Origin: a virus
Length of the DNA stretch: 32,000 bases
Direction: 5' to 3' (one strand)
IMG/VR virus record: IMGVR_UViG_3300045988_182454
Coordinates: 1 to 32,000 of that record
Of this stretch, positions 1 through 8,198 are shown in pieces. The notes under the pieces were generated by a model. The model was not told the DNA's origin and ran no database searches. It worked only from the letters and a program-made list of their open reading frames with translations. The translations under genes and the position numbers were made by a program. Position 1 is the first letter of the stretch. Every line of letters starts with the position of its first letter.

Positions 1-27
1 GCCGACCTTAAATGCTCACTGCGAAGA

Positions 28-60
28 AAGACCTGCCAGCGGCTAACAGGCGGGTCTTTT
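28..60 (+). terminator. Intrinsic terminator
   Basis: AAGACCTGCC...GGCGGGTCTT stem followed by a T-rich tract. Confidence 0.6.
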
Positions 61-125
61 CTTTTTGCGGGCGTTTTTTGCTTTGCCAAAAATGTATCTA
101 ATCCGTGAACATATAGCGTTCATCG

Positions 126-154
126 TTGTATTCAATACAACTTCATGGTATAAT
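126..154 (+). promoter_or_regulatory. Extended -10 promoter with palindromic operator-like sequence
   Basis: TTGTAT-17-TATAAT with TGG before the -10; TTGTA-TTCAA-TACAA inverted repeat; upstream of the 208 ORF. Confidence 0.7.
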
Positions 155-207
155 GCAAGTATCAAAACAAGCAAAACATTCCGTATCATCGAAGATATTT
201 CAGGGGC

Positions 208-651
208 ATGTCTATGAAGCAATTTATCTCGTTTGTTCATAAGGCACTCTTTCTTTTGGCTGTCGCAGCCATTTCTGTAGCGTTCGAGGGATGCAGTGAG
301 GTGGCAGACAAGACCATGGACGGCATCAAGGACTTGCCTGCGCAAATCATTCAGATGGCAACTCCTGAGACTGTCGAGTCGGTGGGTTCGGAGAAAAACA
401 TGACGCCTGAGACCGCAGCCACGGAATACAACTACATATACTTCCGGTACAATAATCAGTGGGTCACGAATAAACTCATCAGCTACGAGGTAGTCGATGA
501 CGGGCAGAATATAAAGTTTACCGTAGAAGGTAACAGTGTAGCCAGCTATTATACCAGCATGGCAAATGTCGTACTCATGCACAAAGACGAAAACAACACA
601 CGCACACAGAATATATACGAAAAACTGGCGGAGGGGACAACCTATGGCTGA
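208..651 (+). CDS. Putative secreted/lipoprotein of unknown function
   Basis: N-terminal hydrophobic segment followed by FEGC; downstream of a promoter. Confidence 0.6.
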   Translation: MSMKQFISFVHKALFLLAVAAISVAFEGCSEVADKTMDGIKDLPAQIIQMATPETVESVGSEKNMTPETAATEYNYIYFRYNNQWVTNKLISYEVVDDGQNIKFTVEGNSVASYYTSMANVVLMHKDENNTRTQNIYEKLAEGTTYG

Positions 652-1060
652 TGCACAGCGAGGACAATTTGTAATTGATTGCAAAAGCGGAGAAGCGGCC
701 GGCATTATTTACGGTTTGGTGCATGATAAAACCGTGTTTCGCCCGGAACTTGACCTTGCAAATTCGCATCCGAAGGAGTTCGATAACGAGCATATTTTCC
801 CACTCGACATGTTCATTAACAGCGATTATATGCTTAAACTCAGCAGGGAAGAGTTTGCAAAAGAATTAAAGCGGCTGTTCGATGAAGATATAATCGGATA
901 TGCTCAGGTGGTTGTCGCTACCGACATCCATGATTTACATCGCATCGTGCTCCTGACAGACACCACACAGAAGGATAAACTGAGTCGGATTGCTGTATCT
1001 CTGTTCGGCGTACCGAAAAGGGAAGCAAAACGAATTATCGCCAAGTATCAGGCTCAGTAA
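644..1060 (+). CDS. Hypothetical protein
   Basis: Internal ATG at 644 preceded by GGAGGGG; overlaps the preceding stop; the listed 566 start looks too long. Confidence 0.65.
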   Translation: MADAQRGQFVIDCKSGEAAGIIYGLVHDKTVFRPELDLANSHPKEFDNEHIFPLDMFINSDYMLKLSREEFAKELKRLFDEDIIGYAQVVVATDIHDLHRIVLLTDTTQKDKLSRIAVSLFGVPKREAKRIIAKYQAQ

Positions 1061-1080
1061 AAAGCGAGGAGGGTAAAAGA

Positions 1081-1701
1081 ATGCTGGCAAATATCGCAGT
1101 TTTACGAACTGTTAAAGCAAATGTAAATGAAGCGATTATGGTTGCGTTGCCCTCGATTTTGTTCGAGAGTTCGCACGACAAAAAAGATACACAGAAATAC
1201 TATCTGCAGGGTCCTGCGGCTGAATATATTCCTGTTGAGATACCGGATACTTATGCCAAGAAATTCTCCAAGTGCGCCACGGCGCTGGCAATGCAGCTTG
1301 TCCTTCTCAGCAACAAGACGAAAGGCTTCTTTGGTCCTGAAATCTGCAATGTGGAGGGCAAAGATATCCAGACTGCCCGGAGCATCATAAACTCCATCAT
1401 GGGCGAGAGACAGGCAAAGTTTTATAGCGCGAAACTTAACGATGGGGTGTATGATACGCAATATGCGGTCAGCGAATATGCGGTTGAGAATTGGGCAGAC
1501 GACATTGTGCCGCCCGTTGTCATTAACAGCTGCATCTGGGCTATCGTAACAAATACCGCTGCGGAAATGCAGAAGGACAACCGTTTCCTGCGCAGAAAAG
1601 AAATCTGCGATACCGAGTTTTTGGAAATCGCAACCCGCATCTACAATGAGTTGCTGGGGTTTGCAGCGAGAAAATACGAAATCTTAGACATTGGTGAATG
1701 A
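1081..1701 (+). CDS. Hypothetical protein
   Basis: ORF with RBS GAGGGT; co-directional tight spacing. Confidence 0.7.
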   Translation: MLANIAVLRTVKANVNEAIMVALPSILFESSHDKKDTQKYYLQGPAAEYIPVEIPDTYAKKFSKCATALAMQLVLLSNKTKGFFGPEICNVEGKDIQTARSIINSIMGERQAKFYSAKLNDGVYDTQYAVSEYAVENWADDIVPPVVINSCIWAIVTNTAAEMQKDNRFLRRKEICDTEFLEIATRIYNELLGFAARKYEILDIGE

Positions 1702-2162
1702 CTATGAGTGTTAACCTTATTGAGGGCAATATCTTAACACCGCCGACTCGTAACGAGAATACTATCATCTGCCATCAGGTGAACTGTCGTGCCGCAATGG
1801 GTGCGGGTCTTGCCAGACAGATTCGGGATAAGTGGCCCGTTGTGTTCGACGAGTATGTGAAGGTTTGTAGCCCTGAGAAACTCGGCGACTTTCAGATGGT
1901 TCAGGTTGCCCCGCAGCTGTATGTTGCCAACCTGTTCGGGCAATTGAGTTTCGGCAGAGATAAGCGCCAGACGAACTACGCAGCGCTGGGAACGGCTCTT
2001 TTCAGAGTAATGAAAGAACATCCTAATGCAACTTTCCGCGTCCCTTACGGTCTCGGCTGCGGGTTGGCAGGCGGAAACTGGGTAACGGTGCTGAATCTCA
2101 TTGAAGAAGCCGCCAATGCTTGGAATGTGAACGTTGAGATTTGGGTGCTGCCCAAAAAGTAA
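1698..2162 (+). CDS. Macro-domain protein (ADP-ribose binding/processing-like)
   Basis: VNLIEGNIL, CHQVNCRAAMGAGLARQI, RVPYGLGCGLAGGNW. Confidence 0.85.
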   Translation: MTMSVNLIEGNILTPPTRNENTIICHQVNCRAAMGAGLARQIRDKWPVVFDEYVKVCSPEKLGDFQMVQVAPQLYVANLFGQLSFGRDKRQTNYAALGTALFRVMKEHPNATFRVPYGLGCGLAGGNWVTVLNLIEEAANAWNVNVEIWVLPKK

Positions 2163-2171
2163 AGGATTAGC

Positions 2172-2390
2172 ATGTACAATACCAACTACAAATGCGTCAA
2201 GCCGTTCGATGTGTGGCTTGATGCCATCGGTCAAGATGACAAGAAAATTCCATATCGGGTAAAGCGCGGGACCATCTGGCGCTTGGAATGGTGCGGCGGC
2301 GAGCAGAGTTTCAAGGAATTCACCGGACCAGATAAGATGCACATTACACTGCCGGATGAGTTTGTCGAGAAATATTTCAAAAAGGTTTGA
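2172..2390 (+). CDS. Small hypothetical protein
   Basis: Compact ORF in the operon. Confidence 0.55.
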   Translation: MYNTNYKCVKPFDVWLDAIGQDDKKIPYRVKRGTIWRLEWCGGEQSFKEFTGPDKMHITLPDEFVEKYFKKV

Positions 2391-2392
2391 GC

Positions 2393-2809
2393 ATGGGGAA
2401 TTATTGTCCGTATACAAACGGCAATGTCGTCTACCTAAAATGCCAAGAGTGTGAGGACAAAATCTGCGAAAAGGATTGGTTCTTTTGCGGAGTTGCGGGA
2501 ACGCCGTTATCGATGACGAAGTCCCGCAAGCAGATGTCGGAATACCTCGACAGAATGCTGGCAAAACGGAAAAAGGTCGTCATTGCAGCAGAATCCGGCA
2601 AGAAGATGGCTGCTTTGGCAGCTATGTACGCCAGCGAGCGGGGATACTCTTTCATACCTGTTGCAAATGATGATTTGCCCACATACCTCGCCAAACAGCA
2701 GCAAAAAGGATGTGTAGTGTTTGATGGAGCCGAAAACGAACGAGAAATCGAAAACACCTGTCGTGAGCTGCGCATACCGCTGCGGCACTGTAGATTGGAA
2801 GGAGCATAA
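2393..2809 (+). CDS. Hypothetical protein with N-terminal Cys-rich segment
   Basis: CQECEDKICEKDWFFC segment; tight spacing. Confidence 0.6.
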   Translation: MGNYCPYTNGNVVYLKCQECEDKICEKDWFFCGVAGTPLSMTKSRKQMSEYLDRMLAKRKKVVIAAESGKKMAALAAMYASERGYSFIPVANDDLPTYLAKQQQKGCVVFDGAENEREIENTCRELRIPLRHCRLEGA

Positions 2810-2813
2810 AACT

Positions 2814-3149
2814 ATGATGTACCAAAAGCTGGTTCGTGATAATATCCCGGCTATCATTGAGAAAAACGGGGAAGCCTGTGTGACGCGCACGCTGTCCGAC
2901 AAAGAGTACGAGGACGCTCTGACAAACAAACTGCAGGAAGAGGTCGCCGAACTGCTGGAAGCCTACACTGCCAAGGAGCGGAGCGCTCTGGACTGCGCGG
3001 AAGAGATGGCGGATGTGATGGAGGTCCTGTACGCTATGGGCAAGACCTGCGCTGTTTCCAAGAGGGAAGTGGAACAGGTTAGAAGCCAGAAGGCAGTAGA
3101 GAAGGGGACTTTCTCCAAGAAAATCTTCTTGGTTTCGACTGAGAAGTGA
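2814..3149 (+). CDS. MazG-like/phosphoribosyl-ATP pyrophosphohydrolase-like protein
   Basis: Start at 2814 after GGAAGGAG; YQKLVRDNIPAIIEKNG..., LQEEVAELLEAY, CAEEMADVMEVLYAM. Confidence 0.75.
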   Translation: MMYQKLVRDNIPAIIEKNGEACVTRTLSDKEYEDALTNKLQEEVAELLEAYTAKERSALDCAEEMADVMEVLYAMGKTCAVSKREVEQVRSQKAVEKGTFSKKIFLVSTEK

Positions 3150-3161
3150 GAGGAGCGGTTT

Positions 3162-3584
3162 GTGACGCAGCAAGACGCAGTGCGGTTAATCAGAAAACTG
3201 ATTTTTGCCAAATACAGTCAAGACCCCACGCATTTTTGTCGGTGTGTGGACGAAATTGCACAAACCTTGGACGAGCAAGGCGACAAAGAAAGCGCTCGTG
3301 CTATTCGCAATACTTCCCGTGACGGCTATGTAAAATCGTACTACGAGGCAAGTCGGCAAACACAGCCTCTCGGTAGCCCCTTTGTTAGCTATAAACCTGC
3401 GTTCGTCATCGACAACAAAGATATCGCACTGTGGCATGCGAAGAACGATAATCCGCCAATGCGAGTTCGACACATTTTAGAGTATGTCGAAAACGGGGAG
3501 ATGGTCGGAAAAGATGTGCTGGAATACGATGTAAGCACCGATAAATGGCACCGTGTTGAGGCGGAATGTATCGAGTTGGTATAG
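3162..3584 (+). CDS. Hypothetical protein
   Basis: GTG-start ORF with upstream GAGGAG. Confidence 0.6.
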   Translation: MTQQDAVRLIRKLIFAKYSQDPTHFCRCVDEIAQTLDEQGDKESARAIRNTSRDGYVKSYYEASRQTQPLGSPFVSYKPAFVIDNKDIALWHAKNDNPPMRVRHILEYVENGEMVGKDVLEYDVSTDKWHRVEAECIELV

Positions 3585-3678
3585 GGACACTGCATCACCC
3601 ATGCTCATTTAATCCCTTTCTGCTGGCGGTCAGCAGATGAAATAAAATATATAAACAGCAATTTTTATCAACAGCCCC

Positions 3679-3706
3679 TTGCACATTTGTGCGAACTGCA
3701 TACAAT
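3679..3706 (+). promoter_or_regulatory. TGCGAA-spacer promoter
   Basis: TTGCAC-ATTTGTGCGAACTGCA(16)-TACAAT. Confidence 0.75.
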
Positions 3707-3731
3707 CTAAATTATAGACTAAAAACTGTAC

Positions 3732-3768
3732 CCTGATGGCTGTTTAATGGCTGTCAGGGGCTTTTTAT
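3732..3768 (+). terminator. Leader intrinsic terminator/attenuator upstream of the helicase gene
   Basis: CCCTGA...TCAGGG stem then CTTTTT, located between promoter and RBS. Confidence 0.6.
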
Positions 3769-3800
3769 TGCCTGCCAATCTACTATTCGGAGGGATTACA

Positions 3801-6539
3801 ATGACGCTCAAAGACTTGTCCAGCGAACAGCATGACCTCGTACGGCTGGCACTTGACGGGAAAAATGTGTTGTGCGATGCCTGTATCGGAAGCGGTAAGA
3901 CATCCACCATCAATGTTTTGTGCAACGAGTTTGATTCCTCTAAGGAAATTCTGTACCTGACCTATAACCGGCTTTTGAAACTCGATGCACAGGAAAAGAT
4001 TCTGAACGATAATGTCACGGTTCAGAACTATCATGGATTTGCCTCGAAAATTCTGTACCGGCGCGGCATCAAGAATGTCGGACAGGGCGAGCAGATTGGG
4101 ATGGTCTTGAGGAAGCGCGTTCCTGTCGGGCACTTTGATGTGCTTATCATCGACGAGTATCAGGACATCAACGAGGAAATCTCGAAGATGCTCGAATACA
4201 TCAAGGAATCGAACCCCGGTCTTCAAATCATTGCAGTCGGGGACATGAAGCAGAAAATCTATGACCAGACCTCGCTGGATATCTGGTCGTTCATCCATAA
4301 GTTCTTAGGCAAGCACACGCAGGTCAATTTCACGCAATGTTTCCGCCTGTCCCATGACCTTGCACAGCGGCTCGGAAACATCTGGGGCAAGGATATCAAC
4401 GGTGTGAACAAGAACTGTAAGGTATCGACCATGTCCCGCGAGCAGGTGGTAGACTATCTGGATACCAAGAACCCGAAGGATGTCCTGTGTCTCGGTGCCA
4501 GAACGGGGTCTATGGTAAAGGTTCTGAATGAACTGGAAGCAAGACCTGGCAACCTCTACGATAAAAATCACGTATATGCCTCCATCAAGGATATGGACGG
4601 CGATAAGTATGTAGCACCCAGCGCAGACGTTGGTATCTTTACGACCTTTGACGGCAGTAAAGGCATGGAACGCCCAATTTGCGTTGTCTTTGATTTCACT
4701 GAATCCTACTGGTGTTCCCGTGTATTTCAGCCTATGGCGCGGTATGAGATTCTGAGAAACCTTTTCTGCGTTGCGGCGAGTCGCGGTAAGGATGAGGTCA
4801 TCTTTGTAGAGCCTCCGAAAAAAGAGGACAGATTTGGGCTGGTCAGCGATAAGACCCTGATGACTCCCGTCAAGATGAATCAGGAGTTCAATACAAAGTT
4901 CGATATCTCTGAAATGTTCGATTTCAAGTTCGATGAGGATGTAGAGCACTGCTACCAGCTTATCAATACAACGCCGGTCTTCCATAAAGATGTACATGAA
5001 ATCGAAATCAAGCATTCGGATGCGATGATTGACTTGGCTCCCTGCATTGGCATCTACCAGCAGGCAAACTTTTTCGACTACTACGATATCGACAGCGCGA
5101 TTGCCTTCTACATGTACCTGCATAACGACAAGAAGGTAGCGCTGCCTTCCAGCTGGAAATCCGTGGAGGAGAAGGTCCTGTTCCTGACGATGCTGATGAC
5201 GAGTCAGGACCGGTATGTGAAGCAGGTTGAGTTGCCCTTTATTACGAGAGCGCAGGAAACCGACCTGAACAAGCGCTTGTCTATGGTGTTCACTCCCGAC
5301 GAGTCCGTACAGGAACGTTGTGAGTTGACTGCCGTGGTAGATACCAAGGTGAAGAAGAAACTTGTTATCAGCGGCATGGCGGATGTCGTGAAGGACAACA
5401 AGGTCTATCTGCTGAAATTCGTATCTTCGCTCGCGCACAAGCATTTCCTGCAATGTGCATGTTATATGCTGGCTACCGGGTTAAAGCAGGGTGTTGTCTG
5501 GAATATCCGCGATAACATGATGTATGGAATCGAGATTCCGGACCCTGACAAGTTCCTGGACGCGGTAATCACCTGTATCACGAAGCAGGTCTTTGCCAAG
5601 GCAGAAAGCTATACGATTTCCAAGGACTATACGCAGGACCTCGATACCATCATCGAGCAAATCATGACCGATGATTCTCTGCCGGAATTCGATGTCGGCG
5701 GCAATGTCAAGGAAGAAAAGAAGACGGCTGATGAAGGTATCTCTATCATCCGCCGTGGTGAGCAGTACATCATTGTGGATGCTTCGAACCGTCAAATCGT
5801 CGATAACAGCGCTATGAACGGCTACGATTCGATTCTCGCTGCCTGTGAGGATTATGTCCGGAAAAACAAGCAGCTGGCAGAGGAATCCATGTCCAAGAAG
5901 GAACTGCTCAGCGTTATTGAGGATTGGCTCGACAATCACAGGGATTTCGAAGCAGCTATGTCCAAGACCGAGGTGGATATCAAGCACCATATCGGAGAAT
6001 ATGCGAACTACGCTTCTCTTTCCACCTATGTTGTTCGTAAGATGCTCAAAGACCGTGGTCTCATCATCAATTTCAGCGAACGCCAGCTGCTGAAGGTCTG
6101 GAAGGAGCGGAAGAAGAAGGATGCGAATACCGTGGAGAATACGCGGTACGAGACCCTTGCCTCTACGCTCGAATCCCTCGTTAAGGCAGGGGTCGATGTT
6201 CAGCTTGAAATGCCGGAAAAGGAGAAGGTTGCAAAGCCCGAACCGGACCCGGAAGAAGAAAAGCCTCAATTCGATAAGCGTATCCCCTATACCGTTATTC
6301 GTTCGTCCCGGCTCTCTAAGCCCAACGATGTGCGGTATATTGTCGTCAATCTGAACGACAAGGACCAGGTGCTGGACGATGCAAGCGGATACGGATACAA
6401 GTCGATTTCTGCCGCACAGAAGGGCTACGGATATAAATGCCGGAATCTCACCAAGTACGGTGAAATCAAGCACTCGTCAAAGCCCAAAACCAATATCCCG
6501 GTCTCGCAGAGCCGTCAGCTCTCGTTCGGGGATTTTTGA
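3801..6539 (+). CDS. UvrD/Rep-like SF1 helicase with C-terminal PD-(D/E)XK-like region
   Basis: Walker A ACIGSGKTSTI; VLIIDEYQDINEE; QVNFTQCFRLS; C-terminal SGMADVVKDNKVYLLKFVSSLAHKHFLQCACYM. Confidence 0.85.
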   Translation: MTLKDLSSEQHDLVRLALDGKNVLCDACIGSGKTSTINVLCNEFDSSKEILYLTYNRLLKLDAQEKILNDNVTVQNYHGFASKILYRRGIKNVGQGEQIGMVLRKRVPVGHFDVLIIDEYQDINEEISKMLEYIKESNPGLQIIAVGDMKQKIYDQTSLDIWSFIHKFLGKHTQVNFTQCFRLSHDLAQRLGNIWGKDINGVNKNCKVSTMSREQVVDYLDTKNPKDVLCLGARTGSMVKVLNELEARPGNLYDKNHVYASIKDMDGDKYVAPSADVGIFTTFDGSKGMERPICVVFDFTESYWCSRVFQPMARYEILRNLFCVAASRGKDEVIFVEPPKKEDRFGLVSDKTLMTPVKMNQEFNTKFDISEMFDFKFDEDVEHCYQLINTTPVFHKDVHEIEIKHSDAMIDLAPCIGIYQQANFFDYYDIDSAIAFYMYLHNDKKVALPSSWKSVEEKVLFLTMLMTSQDRYVKQVELPFITRAQETDLNKRLSMVFTPDESVQERCELTAVVDTKVKKKLVISGMADVVKDNKVYLLKFVSSLAHKHFLQCACYMLATGLKQGVVWNIRDNMMYGIEIPDPDKFLDAVITCITKQVFAKAESYTISKDYTQDLDTIIEQIMTDDSLPEFDVGGNVKEEKKTADEGISIIRRGEQYIIVDASNRQIVDNSAMNGYDSILAACEDYVRKNKQLAEESMSKKELLSVIEDWLDNHRDFEAAMSKTEVDIKHHIGEYANYASLSTYVVRKMLKDRGLIINFSERQLLKVWKERKKKDANTVENTRYETLASTLESLVKAGVDVQLEMPEKEKVAKPEPDPEEEKPQFDKRIPYTVIRSSRLSKPNDVRYIVVNLNDKDQVLDDASGYGYKSISAAQKGYGYKCRNLTKYGEIKHSSKPKTNIPVSQSRQLSFGDF

Positions 6540-6553
6540 GAAGGAGGGACTAT

Positions 6554-7012
6554 ATGACCTACAGCGAAGCATTTCCTTTATGGGTAGCGGAAGTGTACAG
6601 GAATTATGGCTATGAGCCGGATAAGTGGTACGGGTCAGAGGTTGCAGAAACGCTGTACAACGAAGCCATGGCGACCTACAACGGTCCTCCCGCCACGATG
6701 CGGGACTATATAGAAGCTATCCCGTCTGCGGATGAATTCGCGTATTTGGACTATGCGATTGAACGGCTGCGCCGCGACAACATCAACCTGAATGCACTTT
6801 CCGATAAGGAACGCTGGGCTTTGATGGATAAAATCGTTGCAGAGTATCCGCAGTACAAGAACGCTCGCACATCCCGTGCCAAGCAGGTACAGCAGACCTC
6901 GATGCAGGCGGCACTCGATGCCGAGCGTGATGTTCTCTTGCAGGCTGCTCGGCACAATGCGAGCCGGTACAGTGAGGCAGAGGATGCCACAAAGGATTTT
7001 GTAATCAAGTAA
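6554..7012 (+). CDS. Hypothetical protein
   Basis: ATG at 6554 after GAGAAGGAGG. Confidence 0.65.
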   Translation: MTYSEAFPLWVAEVYRNYGYEPDKWYGSEVAETLYNEAMATYNGPPATMRDYIEAIPSADEFAYLDYAIERLRRDNINLNALSDKERWALMDKIVAEYPQYKNARTSRAKQVQQTSMQAALDAERDVLLQAARHNASRYSEAEDATKDFVIK

Positions 7013-7027
7013 GGGAGCAGTAACAGA

Positions 7028-7318
7028 ATGGTCAAGATTTACGGCTACAGTGACGATACCGTTTGTCTGGATAATTCCAAATACTTCGAGGATGAAATCG
7101 GGTGCTTTGATGTCGCCGGTGTCAGGCTCTATTTGGATGACGGTACGGTGCTTTTTGTCTGCTTCTCCTCTGGCGTCTGGCGTATTTTCATCGAGCAGGA
7201 AGGTTCCGCGCCGCACCGGCACAAGGTCTGTCAGGAGACGAATGAGGACGACTACAGCGATGAGTTTTACACCGAAGCTGATGTTGTTCGGCATGAAATT
7301 GCATCGGCGAGAAACTGA
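7028..7318 (+). CDS. Hypothetical protein
   Basis: ORF in operon. Confidence 0.55.
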   Translation: MVKIYGYSDDTVCLDNSKYFEDEIGCFDVAGVRLYLDDGTVLFVCFSSGVWRIFIEQEGSAPHRHKVCQETNEDDYSDEFYTEADVVRHEIASARN

Positions 7319-7333
7319 AGGAAGGTGAGACCC

Positions 7334-7831
7334 ATGAATCTCTCAAAAATTCGTATGATGTTCTTTGATTTCGACGATACCCTTCTCATCCATTATCGGG
7401 AACAGAAACTCGACGCGACTGCTGATGCACACAGGGCACGGCTGATGCGGTATGAGGCTGAGAACCGGGGCGGGTACAGGGTATTCGACGAAATTGGGGA
7501 AGCCAATACGCTTGTCCAGCATTTCCTCGAGAGCTGCGACGGTGTCCCGAAATACTGCATCACTCGCGTGCAGGACAGTATGACCCTGCCGTATAAAAAG
7601 CAGTGGCTTGAAATGCACTATCCGGGACAGTTCCTCGATGTCATCGGGACTGCCACCCCCGAACGGAAGACCTCCGTCATGAAACTTCTGACCCAAGCTG
7701 CCGGTCTGAATGCTGCACAGGCTCTGTATGTAGACGACTATTACGAAGCCCTCAATGAGGCGGCAAATGAAGGCTTTACGGTCATGACGGTACAGGAACT
7801 CATGCTGCGGCAATATACTGCGGAGCAATAG
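7334..7831 (+). CDS. HAD-like phosphatase/hydrolase
   Basis: MMFFDFDDTLL motif and later YVDDYYEALNEA. Confidence 0.75.
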   Translation: MNLSKIRMMFFDFDDTLLIHYREQKLDATADAHRARLMRYEAENRGGYRVFDEIGEANTLVQHFLESCDGVPKYCITRVQDSMTLPYKKQWLEMHYPGQFLDVIGTATPERKTSVMKLLTQAAGLNAAQALYVDDYYEALNEAANEGFTVMTVQELMLRQYTAEQ

Positions 7832-8170
7832 TCAACAACCCCGCCTAAACCGGTTCGCCGGTTATAGACGGGACTTGCGGGGAAACCCGTAAGCCCGGTT
7901 GGTTAGCCTTGGTGAACGGCAACTTCGGTTGCTGCGAACTCCGTTATGCATTTGATGAGCAATCATCTTCATAATATAGGCACCCCGATTATGCTCCACA
8001 AGTGTCGGGCTCTGCGGGCAGCGTATGCGTTAGCGGTGCAAGCCGTTGATACATATTACGTTAAACATCTCTAAGGGTAGGAGAAGTGCGTAAGCCATGC
8101 CGAAAGGCTAAAACAGTGCATAACATTGGCGAAGTGGACCACAGGGCGCAAGCCCTGACTTATAGTTTCA
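7832..8170 (+). ncRNA. Candidate omega RNA (HEARO-like) upstream of IscB
   Basis: Structured noncoding ~340 nt directly upstream of iscB; starts with CCCCGCCTAAACCGGTTCGCCGGTTATAGACGGG and has many short stem-loops, ending ...CAGGGCGCAAGCCCTG. Confidence 0.7.
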
Positions 8171-8198
8171 TTACTATTTAACGAAAGGAGTATCTTGC

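Noticed and set aside
1734-2564. Long minus-strand ORF (276 aa) opposite the macro-domain gene
   Set aside because: Antisense to well-supported + strand genes with RBSs and recognisable motifs; no supporting domain
4305-6473. Minus-strand ORFs of 382 and 330 aa opposite the helicase gene
   Set aside because: Shadow ORFs over a clearly coding helicase
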